64,000 bases of DNA from NCBI GenBank assembly GCA_963711835.1, contig CAVQFQ010000021.1:96001-160000 (forward strand). The letters run 5' to 3'. The DNA is from an uncultured delta proteobacterium. GTDB lineage: Bacteria; Desulfobacterota; RBG-13-43-22. The notes below the pieces were generated by a model. The model was not told where the DNA came from. It saw nothing but the letters and a program-made list of their open reading frames with translations, and ran no database searches. Position 1 is the first letter of the stretch, and each line of letters opens with the position of its first letter. The translations under genes were made by a program, and so were the position numbers. This document shows, piece after piece, positions 47,599 to 57,513 of the stretch.

Positions 47599-47666
47599 AG
47601 CCTTCTCCTCTCTTTTTTAGATTTTATGAATCCCACCTTATAGTAAACCATACTTAGGTTCCTGCC

Positions 47667-48569
47667 TCAAGAGGATTTTCGCTGCTTGAAGCCCAGCCAG
47701 ACGATATAAACAATCATGAAGATGGTGGAGACCGCAGCCGGCAAGGCGGTCCGATCGCCGAACAGGGCCAGGGCCAACCCGGCCGCCAGACCCGTATTCT
47801 TATTCGTCCCCAGGAGTACCAGGCTGATAACCTTTTTGGGATCGACCTTAAAAATTCGGCCAATCTTTTCGATCGCGATTCCCAATCCAAAGCTGCTGAC
47901 CAGGGCCACCAGGGCCACCGGGGCAATAACCAGGGGCTGCCTGAAAAAGATGGCCTGATTCAGTCCCACGATGGTGTAGGTAACCAGAAAAAAGCCCCAA
48001 TTGGTCAGGGTCCCTTTGTAGGGCTCAATTTTTTGGGACAGCCCGGTCCACAGCAAAAAGCGGGATAAAACCAGGGGAATCAGAATCAGTTCGATCATAA
48101 TCCAGATCAGTTTGCTTTGATCCACAAATTCCGATCCGAGAAAACCAACTGCAATAAGAGGCATGAGAACCAGGGCCCCCAGGTAACAGCCGATGGTCGC
48201 CACCAGTGAAAAAGGGCCATCCCCTTTTAAAAGCATGGTAAAGGGAATAACGGCCACCGCAGGAGGAACGGCTATGACGATGATAAAACCGGCTTTCAGG
48301 GCCTCTTCCTGAATCAGCAGGGTCTTGAACCCGAACAGGACCGCGCCTAAGATCCCATAATTCATCACCAGCCCAATCAGGATCGGCAAGACCAGGGCCC
48401 GGGGAGAATAAAAGACACTCCCAGGTACCCCCATAACCGCCAGGGTCATGATCCCGGCCAGGGCTGGAATGACCATCTCCTTGGTCCAGCCGGCGCCCCC
48501 GCCTGCGGCCAGGCCCAGCACAATAGAGAGAAGCAGGAGGAATTCACGGTTGCGAAGCAGTTTAATCAT
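47667..48569 (-). CDS. bile acid:sodium symporter-like membrane transporter
   Basis: About 10 hydrophobic helices, VPPAVA, KNTGLA. Confidence 0.7.
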   Translation of the reverse strand: MIKLLRNREFLLLLSIVLGLAAGGGAGWTKEMVIPALAGIMTLAVMGVPGSVFYSPRALVLPILIGLVMNYGILGAVLFGFKTLLIQEEALKAGFIIVIAVPPAVAVIPFTMLLKGDGPFSLVATIGCYLGALVLMPLIAVGFLGSEFVDQSKLIWIMIELILIPLVLSRFLLWTGLSQKIEPYKGTLTNWGFFLVTYTIVGLNQAIFFRQPLVIAPVALVALVSSFGLGIAIEKIGRIFKVDPKKVISLVLLGTNKNTGLAAGLALALFGDRTALPAAVSTIFMIVYIVWLGFKQRKSS

Positions 48570-48661
48570 GCCTACCTTTCGGTGGTTGTTCTTTAGTCTT
48601 AGAGGCCCTGATGATAAACCATTTTCTTTGACGAATGGATTCCGAAGCCATCCAGAATCTG

Positions 48662-50504
48662 CTACACCGGTATGGGGGCGATGACCTGGGAGGAGACGAA
48701 CATCCAGGTCACCAGGCAGGCGTTCACCAGGGCACCCAGGTAGATCTTTCCTGTCAGTTGAAAGAACCAGGTCGAAATAGGAACGGTCATGAGCAGCACG
48801 ATAATGATATGAAACAGATTGAGGACAAAGGTCACGAACATCCCGCCTGGACCGACAAAAGGAATGAAGCCGGTAGTGAACAGCGGGATATACTGGATCA
48901 TCAGAAAGAGGATCAAAGGCGAAACCAGGACCATTATATTCAAAAAAGACCAGGAGATAAAGGTTCCCATCCAGGTCTTTTTCAGGGGGCGGCGCAACTG
49001 GCCGTGGAGCAGGATGCCGGTTCCCAGGAACCCGGCCAGAAGAAAGGGAAAATAGAGCAGACAGACCTTGGCTCGAGAGAAGGTCAGATCGCTGGCAAAG
49101 GGAAAGATAAACCGAAAATCCACGATAAAAACCTGTTCCAGCAGGTGCTCGCAGGCATAGGCAAAGAAAAAAAGCAACAACCCAAGAAGTATGGTTTTTA
49201 CCAGGACTCCCCTCTCCAGACCGAATCCGTCCTGACGGTAGGAAATCCCCAGATCAGCTAAAGTCACCCCGGTTTCAAGGCGCTTCGTTCGGTACCATCT
49301 TTTGAAAATAAAAAAACCGATCACATTAATCCAGAAAAACCACCAGACCGTGCCGTTGACCATCATCATGGGGAAGACCCGGTCGATGCGGACCAGATAG
49401 ACATGAAGGCCGAAGAGGACAAATATCAGAGGCAGATAAAGCCACATCAGAACGGCATTCAGTCCGGCTATTTTGAAAAAGGTTTTGGCGCTGCAGGTGG
49501 TTGCCGAAGAAATAGATCTTGGGATACCGCTGAAAAAAGAAGGCTTCAGAAGCATGGCGCCCAAGGGCAGAATCGAAGCCAGACCGGCCAGCATAGCCGC
49601 CAGGGTAGCCCATTCCTTGACCGGCCAGATCTGTTTACGGGGATCAATCCAGGCCTTTTCGGAAGGGTGCAAAGCCATCTTCATCCAGGTCAAGGCCTCG
49701 GCAATGGCGGCCCGATTGTGCGACTCCTGGACATGGGTCACCGGGGGAATGAAAACCTTCCGGGCCGTTCCCCGGGAAAAATCGCCGTAAGTATGGTTGA
49801 TACCCGGGTTTTCAAAGGGGATCACCTTTTGGCTTTGCGGGGTCTGCATCCACTCCCGTTCAATATCCCGGACCCCGGTCATCCGCTTCCGGTATTCATC
49901 GTATTTCCCGATAATCATGAGCATGTTTTTTGGGTTCGATGCCGTGGCATCCAGACGATAGGCAAAGCCGGAGAAGACCAGGGCCTTGACGCCGGAATCT
50001 TTCAGGGCCACATTATAGGACCACTCAGCCCCCAGGCTGTGGCCCATCAAGCCCACAGACTCCGGATCGACGAAGGCCAGGCTTCTCAGAGTAGTGAAAG
50101 GAGGAAAAAACACCATAGGTCTTGTCGAAATCAGGGGCCTTGGGTTCATTCGGGTTTCCTGAATTGCCTCGGCCGATGGCATCAAGGCCGAGGACCACGA
50201 AACCTCGTCTGGCCAGCTCCAGGCAATAGGCGTCACTGGTTTCCCGGTTATTCTGGTAGCCATGGGCATAGACAATCCCCGGGACGGGCTGGGTCGGGGA
50301 GGCTTCCTGGGGGCGAAACAGTTTGGCCCTGATGGGGATACCGTTGAAATTCTTGTAGTCTGCATTGGTCACCTCCACCCGGCCGAAATCCGTCTGGACC
50401 AGGGAGGCGACAACAACCGAAGCTACAAGAATAAATAGGCTGATTACGAAAAAGACAAGGTAACTAACCAGGCCGGGCGGCTGAATAGACGGTTCGTTTT
50501 TCAT
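48662..50504 (-). pseudogene. membrane-anchored alpha/beta hydrolase split by a +1 frameshift near 50090
   Basis: ORF 50025..50504 (AHGY, GFVVLGLDAIGRG.S) joins ORF 48662.. (LRSLAFVD..GLMGHSLG, multi-TM C-terminus) if one base is removed. Confidence 0.75.
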
Positions 50505-50706
50505 TTTCTTCGACTCCCTTCCCTTAGCTTTTTAGACCTTCCCTTGGCCCCGGCCCTTTTGCTTTCTTTGATCCGAAATAATTATATTCCCTTATGCCAT
50601 AATCCTCAATCGATGAATTTCAAAGGCCCGATATTGACAGACCATGCGGATTTTCATAACATGACATAAAAAGATCCGGAAACTTAACACCACAAGGAGA
50701 CCGACT

Positions 50707-51294
50707 ATGATTAAATACAACGGGATTAATCATCTGGCTATGGCGACGGGAGATATGGATCGGACGATACGGTTTTGGAGAGACCTCCTGGGAATGCGTT
50801 TGGTGGCCGGACTGGGGAAACCCGGGTACCGCCATTATTTTTTCCAGATCAGCGAAGACGATCTTCTGGCCTTTTTTGAATGGCCGGGCGTTGAACCGGT
50901 GGAGGAAAAGGACCACGGCTATCCGGTGAAAGGCCCTTTCGTTTTCGATCACATCGCCTTCGGGGTGGAAACCCCTGATGATCTATGGGAGGTCAAGGAT
51001 CGATTAGAGGCCGCCGGGTTTGAGGTCTCAGGGGTGATCAACCACGGCTTTATCCATTCCATCTACGCCTTTGATCCCAACGGCATCCCCATCGAATTCA
51101 GTCACACTGTCGAAGGAGTGAATATCCGGCAGTCTCCGACCATGCGAGATGCCGCCCCTTCGGCCGTCAGCCGGGAAGGGGCGGAACCCAATCCCAAGGT
51201 CTGGCCGGCAGTTGCGAATCCGACGCCCCGGGAGAAACGCAAGGTCTATCCGGGGGTGGGAAGTGAGTTGTTTCACGGGATAAAGAAAGAATAA
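50707..51294 (+). CDS. VOC/glyoxalase family protein
   Basis: GINHLA, FDHIAFGV, SIYAFDPNGIPIEF. Confidence 0.9.
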   Translation: MIKYNGINHLAMATGDMDRTIRFWRDLLGMRLVAGLGKPGYRHYFFQISEDDLLAFFEWPGVEPVEEKDHGYPVKGPFVFDHIAFGVETPDDLWEVKDRLEAAGFEVSGVINHGFIHSIYAFDPNGIPIEFSHTVEGVNIRQSPTMRDAAPSAVSREGAEPNPKVWPAVANPTPREKRKVYPGVGSELFHGIKKE

Positions 51295-51304
51295 GTCAGG
51301 TTGA

Positions 51305-51336
51305 ACAACCCCAGAAAAGAAGACCCCCCGGTCCCT
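51305..51336. repeat. partial copy of the 4225-4353 / 10778-10840 element
   Basis: 30/32 identity to 10778-10809. Confidence 0.75.
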
Positions 51337-51354
51337 TAATCAGCCTCCAAAGCA

Positions 51355-51385
51355 AGAAGCCCATCCTTTTCCAGGATGGGCTTCT
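51355..51385. terminator. hairpin between convergent VOC gene and dsrP
   Basis: Perfect 13-bp stem AGAAGCCCATCCT / AGGATGGGCTTCT. Confidence 0.65.
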
Positions 51386-51408
51386 AAATTACCGGCTAAA
51401 ATAATTTC

Positions 51409-52584
51409 TTAATGGATGGAAGCGCTGTTCGGGTCCAGCTTGACCCCGACGGCGATTTTATAAAGGAGGGTCAGGACCAGGAATCCTGTGGCCCAGACCC
51501 CCAGGGCGATGAAGATCTCCGGCGTGCTGGGGGCATATTCGGTAATGTGCTCCAGGGGGCTGGGGACAAAACCGCTCACCACCAGGGTAAGACCCTTTTC
51601 GATCCACAGGGAGCCGAAAACCCCGATGCAGGCCAAAACCAGCCAGACGTTGCTCCTGCGGGTCAAGGGCAAGAGCAGGAGAAGGGCGGAAAGGCAGCCT
51701 GCAAAAACGGAAATCCAGGTCCAGGTCACATATTTATTATAGCCCTCCAAGCCCCAGAATAAATAGGTGAAGGCATGCTTGTGGCCGGGGATATTGCTGT
51801 AAAAAGCGGTGAAGAGTTCCAAAATGACGAAGAAGATGCTGATCAGTATGGCATAGGTAACGATATTTCGCAGTTTATTGATGGCTTCCTGGCCGGAATC
51901 AAACCCGGAGACCCGTTTCACCAGCAGGGCCAGGATGATCAACAGGGCCGGACCGGCGGCAAAGGCCGATCCCAAAAATCGGGCCGCCATGATAGCCGTG
52001 AGCCAGAAATGCCGGCCCGGGAGACCGGCATAGAGGAAGGCCGTAACGGTGTGGATGCTGACCGCCCAGGGAATGGAAATATAAATAAGCGGTTTGACCC
52101 ACTTGGGCGGCGATAGGGCATTGCGTTCCGCTGCCAGGACGTTCCAGCCGATAAAGATATTCAGAAAAAGGTAGCCGTTTAAAACCAGCATGTCCCAGAA
52201 GAGGATCGAGTTGGGCGTCGGGTAGAGCAGGACGTTCAAGATCCGGACCGGGTTCCCTAAATCGACGAAGATAAAGAGGATACACATAGTGACCGAGGCA
52301 ATGGCCAGGAATTCGCCCAGAATGGTGATCCGGCCAAAAGCCTGGACATCGTGCAGATAGTAGGGCAGGACCAGCATCACGGCCGAGGCGGCCACGCCGA
52401 CCAGGAAGGTGAACTGGGCGATGTAGAACCCCCAGGAGACATCCCGGCCCATGCCGGTTATGCGCAGCCCTTCATTGAACTGATACAGGTAACAGGCGAA
52501 GCCGATGCCGATAAAAATGAGTAAAAAGATAATCCAGCTCCAGTAGCCTTTGGTTCCGGAGAGCGCCTTCTCAAACATAGTCAC
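51409..52584 (-). CDS. dsrP: DsrP (NrfD-family membrane subunit)
   Basis: TGMGRDVSWG.YIAQFTFLVGVAASAVM, WAVSIHTVTAF; operon position. Confidence 0.95.
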   Translation of the reverse strand: MTMFEKALSGTKGYWSWIIFLLIFIGIGFACYLYQFNEGLRITGMGRDVSWGFYIAQFTFLVGVAASAVMLVLPYYLHDVQAFGRITILGEFLAIASVTMCILFIFVDLGNPVRILNVLLYPTPNSILFWDMLVLNGYLFLNIFIGWNVLAAERNALSPPKWVKPLIYISIPWAVSIHTVTAFLYAGLPGRHFWLTAIMAARFLGSAFAAGPALLIILALLVKRVSGFDSGQEAINKLRNIVTYAILISIFFVILELFTAFYSNIPGHKHAFTYLFWGLEGYNKYVTWTWISVFAGCLSALLLLLPLTRRSNVWLVLACIGVFGSLWIEKGLTLVVSGFVPSPLEHITEYAPSTPEIFIALGVWATGFLVLTLLYKIAVGVKLDPNSASIH

Positions 52585-52585
52585 C

Positions 52586-53359
52586 TCATACTAAATAGTA
52601 AACATTGGGTTGGGTACCTAAACTGGGTTTGCGGCGAATGGAATAATTTTCCCTGAGCATTTTCCGTAATTCCGAGTTGGGATTTTCCAGATCGCCGAAG
52701 ATCAAGGCCCCGTTGCTGGCCTCGACACAGGCCGGATAGAGCCCTTTGGCGATCCGTTCCTCACAGAAGTTGCACTTTTCCACCACCCCTTTGGAACGGG
52801 TCGGGTATTCCCGGTTGCTGGGTTCCTTGATGAAGCGCCGGGGGTCTCCCCAATTGAAGCTCCGGGAACCATAGGGACAGCCGGCCATGCAGAAACGGCA
52901 GCCGATACAGCGATGGTAATCCATCATGACGATGCCGTCCGGCCGTTTAAAAGTGGCCTGGGTCGGGCAAACCCGGACACAGGGCGGGTTGGTGCAGTGG
53001 TTGCAGAGGACCAGAAAAGGCTTGTGTTCCAGCCCCTCGGGCAGGAATTGATGCTGGTCGTCGGGGAAGGCATTCTCGTAATGTTCCTGCCAGATCCATT
53101 TAATCTCCTGGCGTTTGAGGTCCACCTTGGGAATATTATGGGTTTTATCGCAGGCCTCAATACAGCGCTGGAAGTCGGCCTGGCTTTTAAACTTGCGCGT
53201 ATCGATGACCATGGCCCATTTCTTCCCCTGGGTCAAAGGAGCCCGCACCTGGGCCTCAAGGGCACCCGGTTTGAGGATCTCAAAAGCGGTTTTGCCGCCC
53301 AGTCCCCAGAGGGAGGCAATCCCGGCAATCCTTAAAAATTCTCGTCTGTTGATACCCAT
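52586..53359 (-). CDS. dsrO: DsrO periplasmic Fe-S subunit
   Basis: Tat RREFL, CNHC.NPPCVRVCP, CIGCRFCMAGCP, KCNFC. Confidence 0.95.
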   Translation of the reverse strand: MGINRREFLRIAGIASLWGLGGKTAFEILKPGALEAQVRAPLTQGKKWAMVIDTRKFKSQADFQRCIEACDKTHNIPKVDLKRQEIKWIWQEHYENAFPDDQHQFLPEGLEHKPFLVLCNHCTNPPCVRVCPTQATFKRPDGIVMMDYHRCIGCRFCMAGCPYGSRSFNWGDPRRFIKEPSNREYPTRSKGVVEKCNFCEERIAKGLYPACVEASNGALIFGDLENPNSELRKMLRENYSIRRKPSLGTQPNVYYLV

Positions 53360-53757
53360 CACTGTTTCTCCTTCGGCACGATATGGCAATCCCAGCAATA
53401 GGGTTTCACCTGCAGATAATTATGGCATTGATCGCAAAACTGGGTCTTGTTGGAATGGCATTTCATGCAGCCGTTTTGGAGACTCATTTCATAGGTCTTT
53501 CCGTCGGCCGCTGTATATAACCGGTTATACGGTCCCCGAACCACGTCGTTCCGCCACTGATCCAGAATCTTCATGTGGGTGGTCTTCATGGCCGCCTTGG
53601 GTTCGATGCATTGTTTCTCTTTCATCTCCTTAATAACCGGGGTATCGATTTTAGGATCGGGTTTAGCCGCCGCTTTGCCCAGATTATACCAGAGGGGAAA
53701 GGTCACCAGAATGACGAAGATGATCAGGCCGGGAATAATTTTATTGGAATCGTACAT
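53359..53757 (-). CDS. dsrJ: DsrJ trihaem cytochrome c
   Basis: CMKCH, CDQCH, CWDCH; HM..L..WR..VVR. Confidence 0.96.
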   Translation of the reverse strand: MYDSNKIIPGLIIFVILVTFPLWYNLGKAAAKPDPKIDTPVIKEMKEKQCIEPKAAMKTTHMKILDQWRNDVVRGPYNRLYTAADGKTYEMSLQNGCMKCHSNKTQFCDQCHNYLQVKPYCWDCHIVPKEKQ

Positions 53758-55385
53758 TATTCTTCACCCTCCTCCGCGGTTTCTTCTCCCAGCGGTTCAC
53801 CCCGCAGGTCGGTCGTCCGTTCGCCCTCACCGTCCATCACCAGGGCGTTGGCCACCAGTTCATGAAGCCCGGTCACCCCGACCTCCGGGACCCAATATTC
53901 CATGAGGGTGGTCAGGGCCGCCCGGTCGATGGCGCAGATATTGGCCAGCATATTAACGCCGTGCTTATCATGCACGTAGCGGACCGCATTGGCCCTCGGA
54001 AATCCGCCCCGCATCCGGAGTTCCATATCCTCGCCGGCATTGAGACCGGAACCGCTGCCGCAGCAGAAGGTCTGTTCCCGGATGGTATTTTCCGGCATTT
54101 CATAGAAATTATTACAGACGCTTCGGAGTACGTAGCGGGGTTCCTCCAGAAAGCCCATGCCCCGGGAGGTATTGCAGGAATCATGGAAGGTCACTTTGAG
54201 ACGGTCGTTGCGGCTGGGATCCAGTTTCAATTTTCCGTTTCGGATCAGGTCGGCCGTGAATTCCACGATGTGGGTCATCTTGGTCGAGGCGGCATTGTCG
54301 AATCGGGTCCCGGTGATGGGAGAAACCGGCACTTCCAGGAAATCCGCCGGGCCGTTCATGGTATCCATATACTGGTTGACCACCCGCCACATATGGCCGC
54401 ATTCACCGCCCAGGATCCATTTTACCCCCAACCGCTTGGCCTCGGCATACATCTTGGCATTAAGCCGCTTCATCATTTCGTGGGAGGTAAAAAAGCCGAA
54501 ATTCCCGCCTTCCGAGGCATAGGTGCTCCAGGTGTAGTCCAAGCCCAACTGGTGAAAGAGCATCAGGTAGCCCATACAGGTGTAGGTTCCCGGGTCGGCA
54601 AACACATCTCCGGATGGGGTGACAAAAAGGATTTCGGCCCCCTTGCGGTTGAAGGTCGGTTCCGGCCGGATACCGGTCACGCCCTCGATCTCATCCAGGA
54701 AGAAATCGATCATGTCCTTGAAGGCATGGGGTTCAATGCCCAGATGATTGCCTTTGCGGAAGCAGTTGGCTACCGGGCCCATGATCCAGTCGATATTCAA
54801 CCCCAACAGGTTCAAGAGTTCCCGGCCGATAATGGTCACCTCGGCCGTATCGATGCCGTAGGGGCAAAACACCGAACAGCGGCGGCACTCGGTGCATTGG
54901 AAGAAATAGTGCCACCATTCCTTCAGGACATCTTCCGTCAGGTCCCGGGCTCCGACCATTTTTTTAAAGATCTTGCCGGCCGTGGTAAATTCCCGGCGGT
55001 AAACCGACCGCAGGAGCTCAGCCCGCAGAACCGGCATGTTCTTCGGGTCGCCTGACCCGATGAAGAAATGGCACTTGTCGGCACAGGCCCCGCAGCGGAC
55101 ACAGATATCCATGAAGATGTGAAAGGAACGGAACCGGCTCAGCCGTTCCCGGATGCCCTCGATGATGATGGCCTTCCAGTTGTCCGGCAGCTTCCAGTCC
55201 TCATCCAGGGGGTTCCAGGACCTGGGGAAGGGCATTCCGACGGCCTCGACATTCTTGGGCTGGGCGGCGTAGCAATAGTTGCCGGGCCTGATATCGGCCT
55301 TGACATCCATCCACCCTTTCAAATAAGGGGGGCTGTGCTTTATCCGGGATAGTTCTTCAGGTCCTGGGACATTCTTGAGAGCCAT
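53757..55385 (-). CDS. dsrK: DsrK
   Basis: CVRCGACADKCH, CTECRRCSVFCP, GECGH, HDSCN, CCG. Confidence 0.97.
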   Translation of the reverse strand: MALKNVPGPEELSRIKHSPPYLKGWMDVKADIRPGNYCYAAQPKNVEAVGMPFPRSWNPLDEDWKLPDNWKAIIIEGIRERLSRFRSFHIFMDICVRCGACADKCHFFIGSGDPKNMPVLRAELLRSVYRREFTTAGKIFKKMVGARDLTEDVLKEWWHYFFQCTECRRCSVFCPYGIDTAEVTIIGRELLNLLGLNIDWIMGPVANCFRKGNHLGIEPHAFKDMIDFFLDEIEGVTGIRPEPTFNRKGAEILFVTPSGDVFADPGTYTCMGYLMLFHQLGLDYTWSTYASEGGNFGFFTSHEMMKRLNAKMYAEAKRLGVKWILGGECGHMWRVVNQYMDTMNGPADFLEVPVSPITGTRFDNAASTKMTHIVEFTADLIRNGKLKLDPSRNDRLKVTFHDSCNTSRGMGFLEEPRYVLRSVCNNFYEMPENTIREQTFCCGSGSGLNAGEDMELRMRGGFPRANAVRYVHDKHGVNMLANICAIDRAALTTLMEYWVPEVGVTGLHELVANALVMDGEGERTTDLRGEPLGEETAEEGEE

Positions 55386-55387
55386 AA

Positions 55388-56416
55388 TTACTCCTTCTCC
55401 ACTGGCAATCCAGCCTCAACCATTTTTTCTCTAAAATCATCCTCATATTCTTCGTAGGTGTGAACCTTGACCGGATAGTTCCAGGGATTGATATGCCGGA
55501 CCACCCGGTTGTTGTTGGCCAGGTTGCGGGTCGGGCTGAGGAAGACCCCTCCCAGATGGACCAGTTTGCTGAACGGAAAATAAGCGAAGAAGATACTGAC
55601 CAGAAAAAAATGAATATAGAAAAGAACCCCTATCCCCTGGGGCAGGACGGGATGGAAGGTGACCAAGCCCATGATCATTTCCTTGACCCCGATCACATCG
55701 ACCTTGAGGAGATAACGCATCAGGATCCCGGTCAGGGCGATGCCGATAACCATAAACAGGGGAAAATAATCGGTGGGTAACGAGATATAACGGACCTGGG
55801 GAATATAGATCCTTCTTAAGAAAAGATAGGTAGCGGCCAGCAACAAAATAACCCCGCTGATCAAAAGACCGGGCAATCCCAATCCGGGCAAAGGACCGAT
55901 CCCGGTCTGGGCAAATCCATCCAGGGTCTCCAGGAGTTGGACAAAGGCCGGCACCGGCTCGGTGAAAAACCTCAAGTGCCGCAGCAGGACCACCAGGAAG
56001 GCATAGTGGAAGAGGAGGGCCGCCAGCCAGAGCCACTTTTCCCATTCATAGGTGACCCGCGGGCCTTCCCGGTACGACATTTTGGTGTTCCGGAAGAGGG
56101 AACGGAAGAGAAGGATTTCCAGGAGCATCCTGCCGATGACTCCGGCTGTGGTCGAAGGGTTCTCGAGTTTGTTGGGCTTGATCCAGGAAAGGGATTTCTG
56201 CTGGCCGGCGGTGGTAGGGATGCGGAAAGGAACCGGAGATCGCGACCAGAGGATGATGCGGTAAACCAGCCCCACCAAGAATGTACCTATGGCCAGATAG
56301 GGAATAACCACCCCGAACAAGACCTGCAGGTCGGCCACCTGCATCCCCACCAGGGGAATCAAAACGAGAACCAGTACCGTGATGAAGGATAAGATAATGC
56401 CCAGTATGAAATTCAT
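55388..56416 (-). CDS. dsrM: DsrM cytochrome b subunit
   Basis: PVPFRIPTT.GQQ, LFH..LRHLR, YFPFSKLVH, SPTRN. Confidence 0.97.
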   Translation of the reverse strand: MNFILGIILSFITVLVLVLIPLVGMQVADLQVLFGVVIPYLAIGTFLVGLVYRIILWSRSPVPFRIPTTAGQQKSLSWIKPNKLENPSTTAGVIGRMLLEILLFRSLFRNTKMSYREGPRVTYEWEKWLWLAALLFHYAFLVVLLRHLRFFTEPVPAFVQLLETLDGFAQTGIGPLPGLGLPGLLISGVILLLAATYLFLRRIYIPQVRYISLPTDYFPLFMVIGIALTGILMRYLLKVDVIGVKEMIMGLVTFHPVLPQGIGVLFYIHFFLVSIFFAYFPFSKLVHLGGVFLSPTRNLANNNRVVRHINPWNYPVKVHTYEEYEDDFREKMVEAGLPVEKE

Positions 56417-56472
56417 ATACGTTTACCTCTCCTCAAGGGGTTTGGTTCGCTAACTTAATGAAATAATAAGAT

Positions 56473-57015
56473 CTATGTAGATGAGGGCTTCTCCTGTGGA
56501 CTCTCCACAACCAGTTTGGCCCTTTCTAAGAGCCGGAAGGTCTGATGCTTCAGCTCACTGGCTTTCAGTTCGTAAATCTTTTCCCGACAGATCATAAAGA
56601 GATCAAAGGAAAGCAGGGCCAGTTCATCAATCCTGGATTCCAGGTCGGACAGTTCCTGGACCAGGCCTTTTTCCTCAATTTCTTTGCCCAACTCCTCCCG
56701 GAGGACCTTTTTCAACAAAAAAACAAAGGCCAGGGCCTGCGAAGGTGCAAAATCCTGAACCGCACGTATCCTGATGATGGGGTCGAGCGCCGCTCTGAGG
56801 CCTTCCCTGTCCTGCCCCCCCAGCAACTTTTCCAGAATTTGGGTTATTCCCTGGGAAAGCGTCTGCCCGACCGGGTTGGCGAAACGGTCTTTTTGTTTTT
56901 TTAAAAAACGGGAGGTTTCATCCGGGTAGGAATCAATTAAGGCCTCAAACCACCTTTTGGCGATGGTTTTTCTTCTCTCCCATAAGAATTTCCCCAGGTC
57001 CATAGGGTTCAGCAA
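56473..57015 (-). CDS. dsrT: DsrT (RsbRD N-terminal domain)
   Basis: DRFANPVG, IIRIRAVQDF.PSQAL, AF/SFD..M.CRE; directly before dsrM. Start may be ATG 57003. Confidence 0.9.
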   Translation of the reverse strand: MLNPMDLGKFLWERRKTIAKRWFEALIDSYPDETSRFLKKQKDRFANPVGQTLSQGITQILEKLLGGQDREGLRAALDPIIRIRAVQDFAPSQALAFVFLLKKVLREELGKEIEEKGLVQELSDLESRIDELALLSFDLFMICREKIYELKASELKHQTFRLLERAKLVVESPQEKPSST

Positions 57016-57059
57016 CCGGTAACAAAGAGGGCCTTTGAGGCCGCTCCCTGTTACCGGTT
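57014..57059 (-). other. intercistronic hairpin after dsrC
   Basis: AACCGGTAACA / TGTTACCGGTT stem, no U-tract. Confidence 0.55.
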
Positions 57060-57074
57060 ATCCAAAATATTCTT

Positions 57075-57392
57075 TTAGACGCAACCGGTGGGCTTGGGAA
57101 GACCCGCCATTTTGCAGGCTCCTTTTCCCGGGCCGGAGGGAAACAACTCGTAGATGTATTTGAGTTTGAAACCGGTCACCTTGGAAAGGATTCGGACCAT
57201 AGGGGCGATCCCGTTCTTTTTATAGTAGTCTTGGAGGATATTGATGATCTTCCAGTGCTCCTCGGTCAATTCCTTAATCCCTTCGGATTCCTTTACGTAA
57301 TCGACCCATTCCCTGGTCCAACTATTGAAGTCATCAATGAATCCGTCTTCATCTACGCTGAAAGTTTGTCCTTTAAATTCAACATTTGGCAT
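57075..57392 (-). CDS. dsrC: DsrC sulfur relay protein
   Basis: C-terminal GACKMAGLPKPTGCV with both cysteines. Confidence 0.98.
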   Translation of the reverse strand: MPNVEFKGQTFSVDEDGFIDDFNSWTREWVDYVKESEGIKELTEEHWKIINILQDYYKKNGIAPMVRILSKVTGFKLKYIYELFPSGPGKGACKMAGLPKPTGCV

Positions 57393-57513
57393 ACCTTATT
57401 CCTCCTCCTAATAAAAATTAGTATCATTTTTTATGGGGTGGCCATTACATGACCTATTTTCTAAAAAAAGTCAAGGGGAAATTCACTTTTTTTTCCTAAT
57501 TTACTGAATAGTT

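Noticed and set aside
53862-55055. Long antisense ORFs (also 60521..61675, 17237..18544, 12998..14008, 49403..50332)
   Set aside because: Shadow frames of GC-rich codon-biased genes on the opposite strand; no recognisable motifs.
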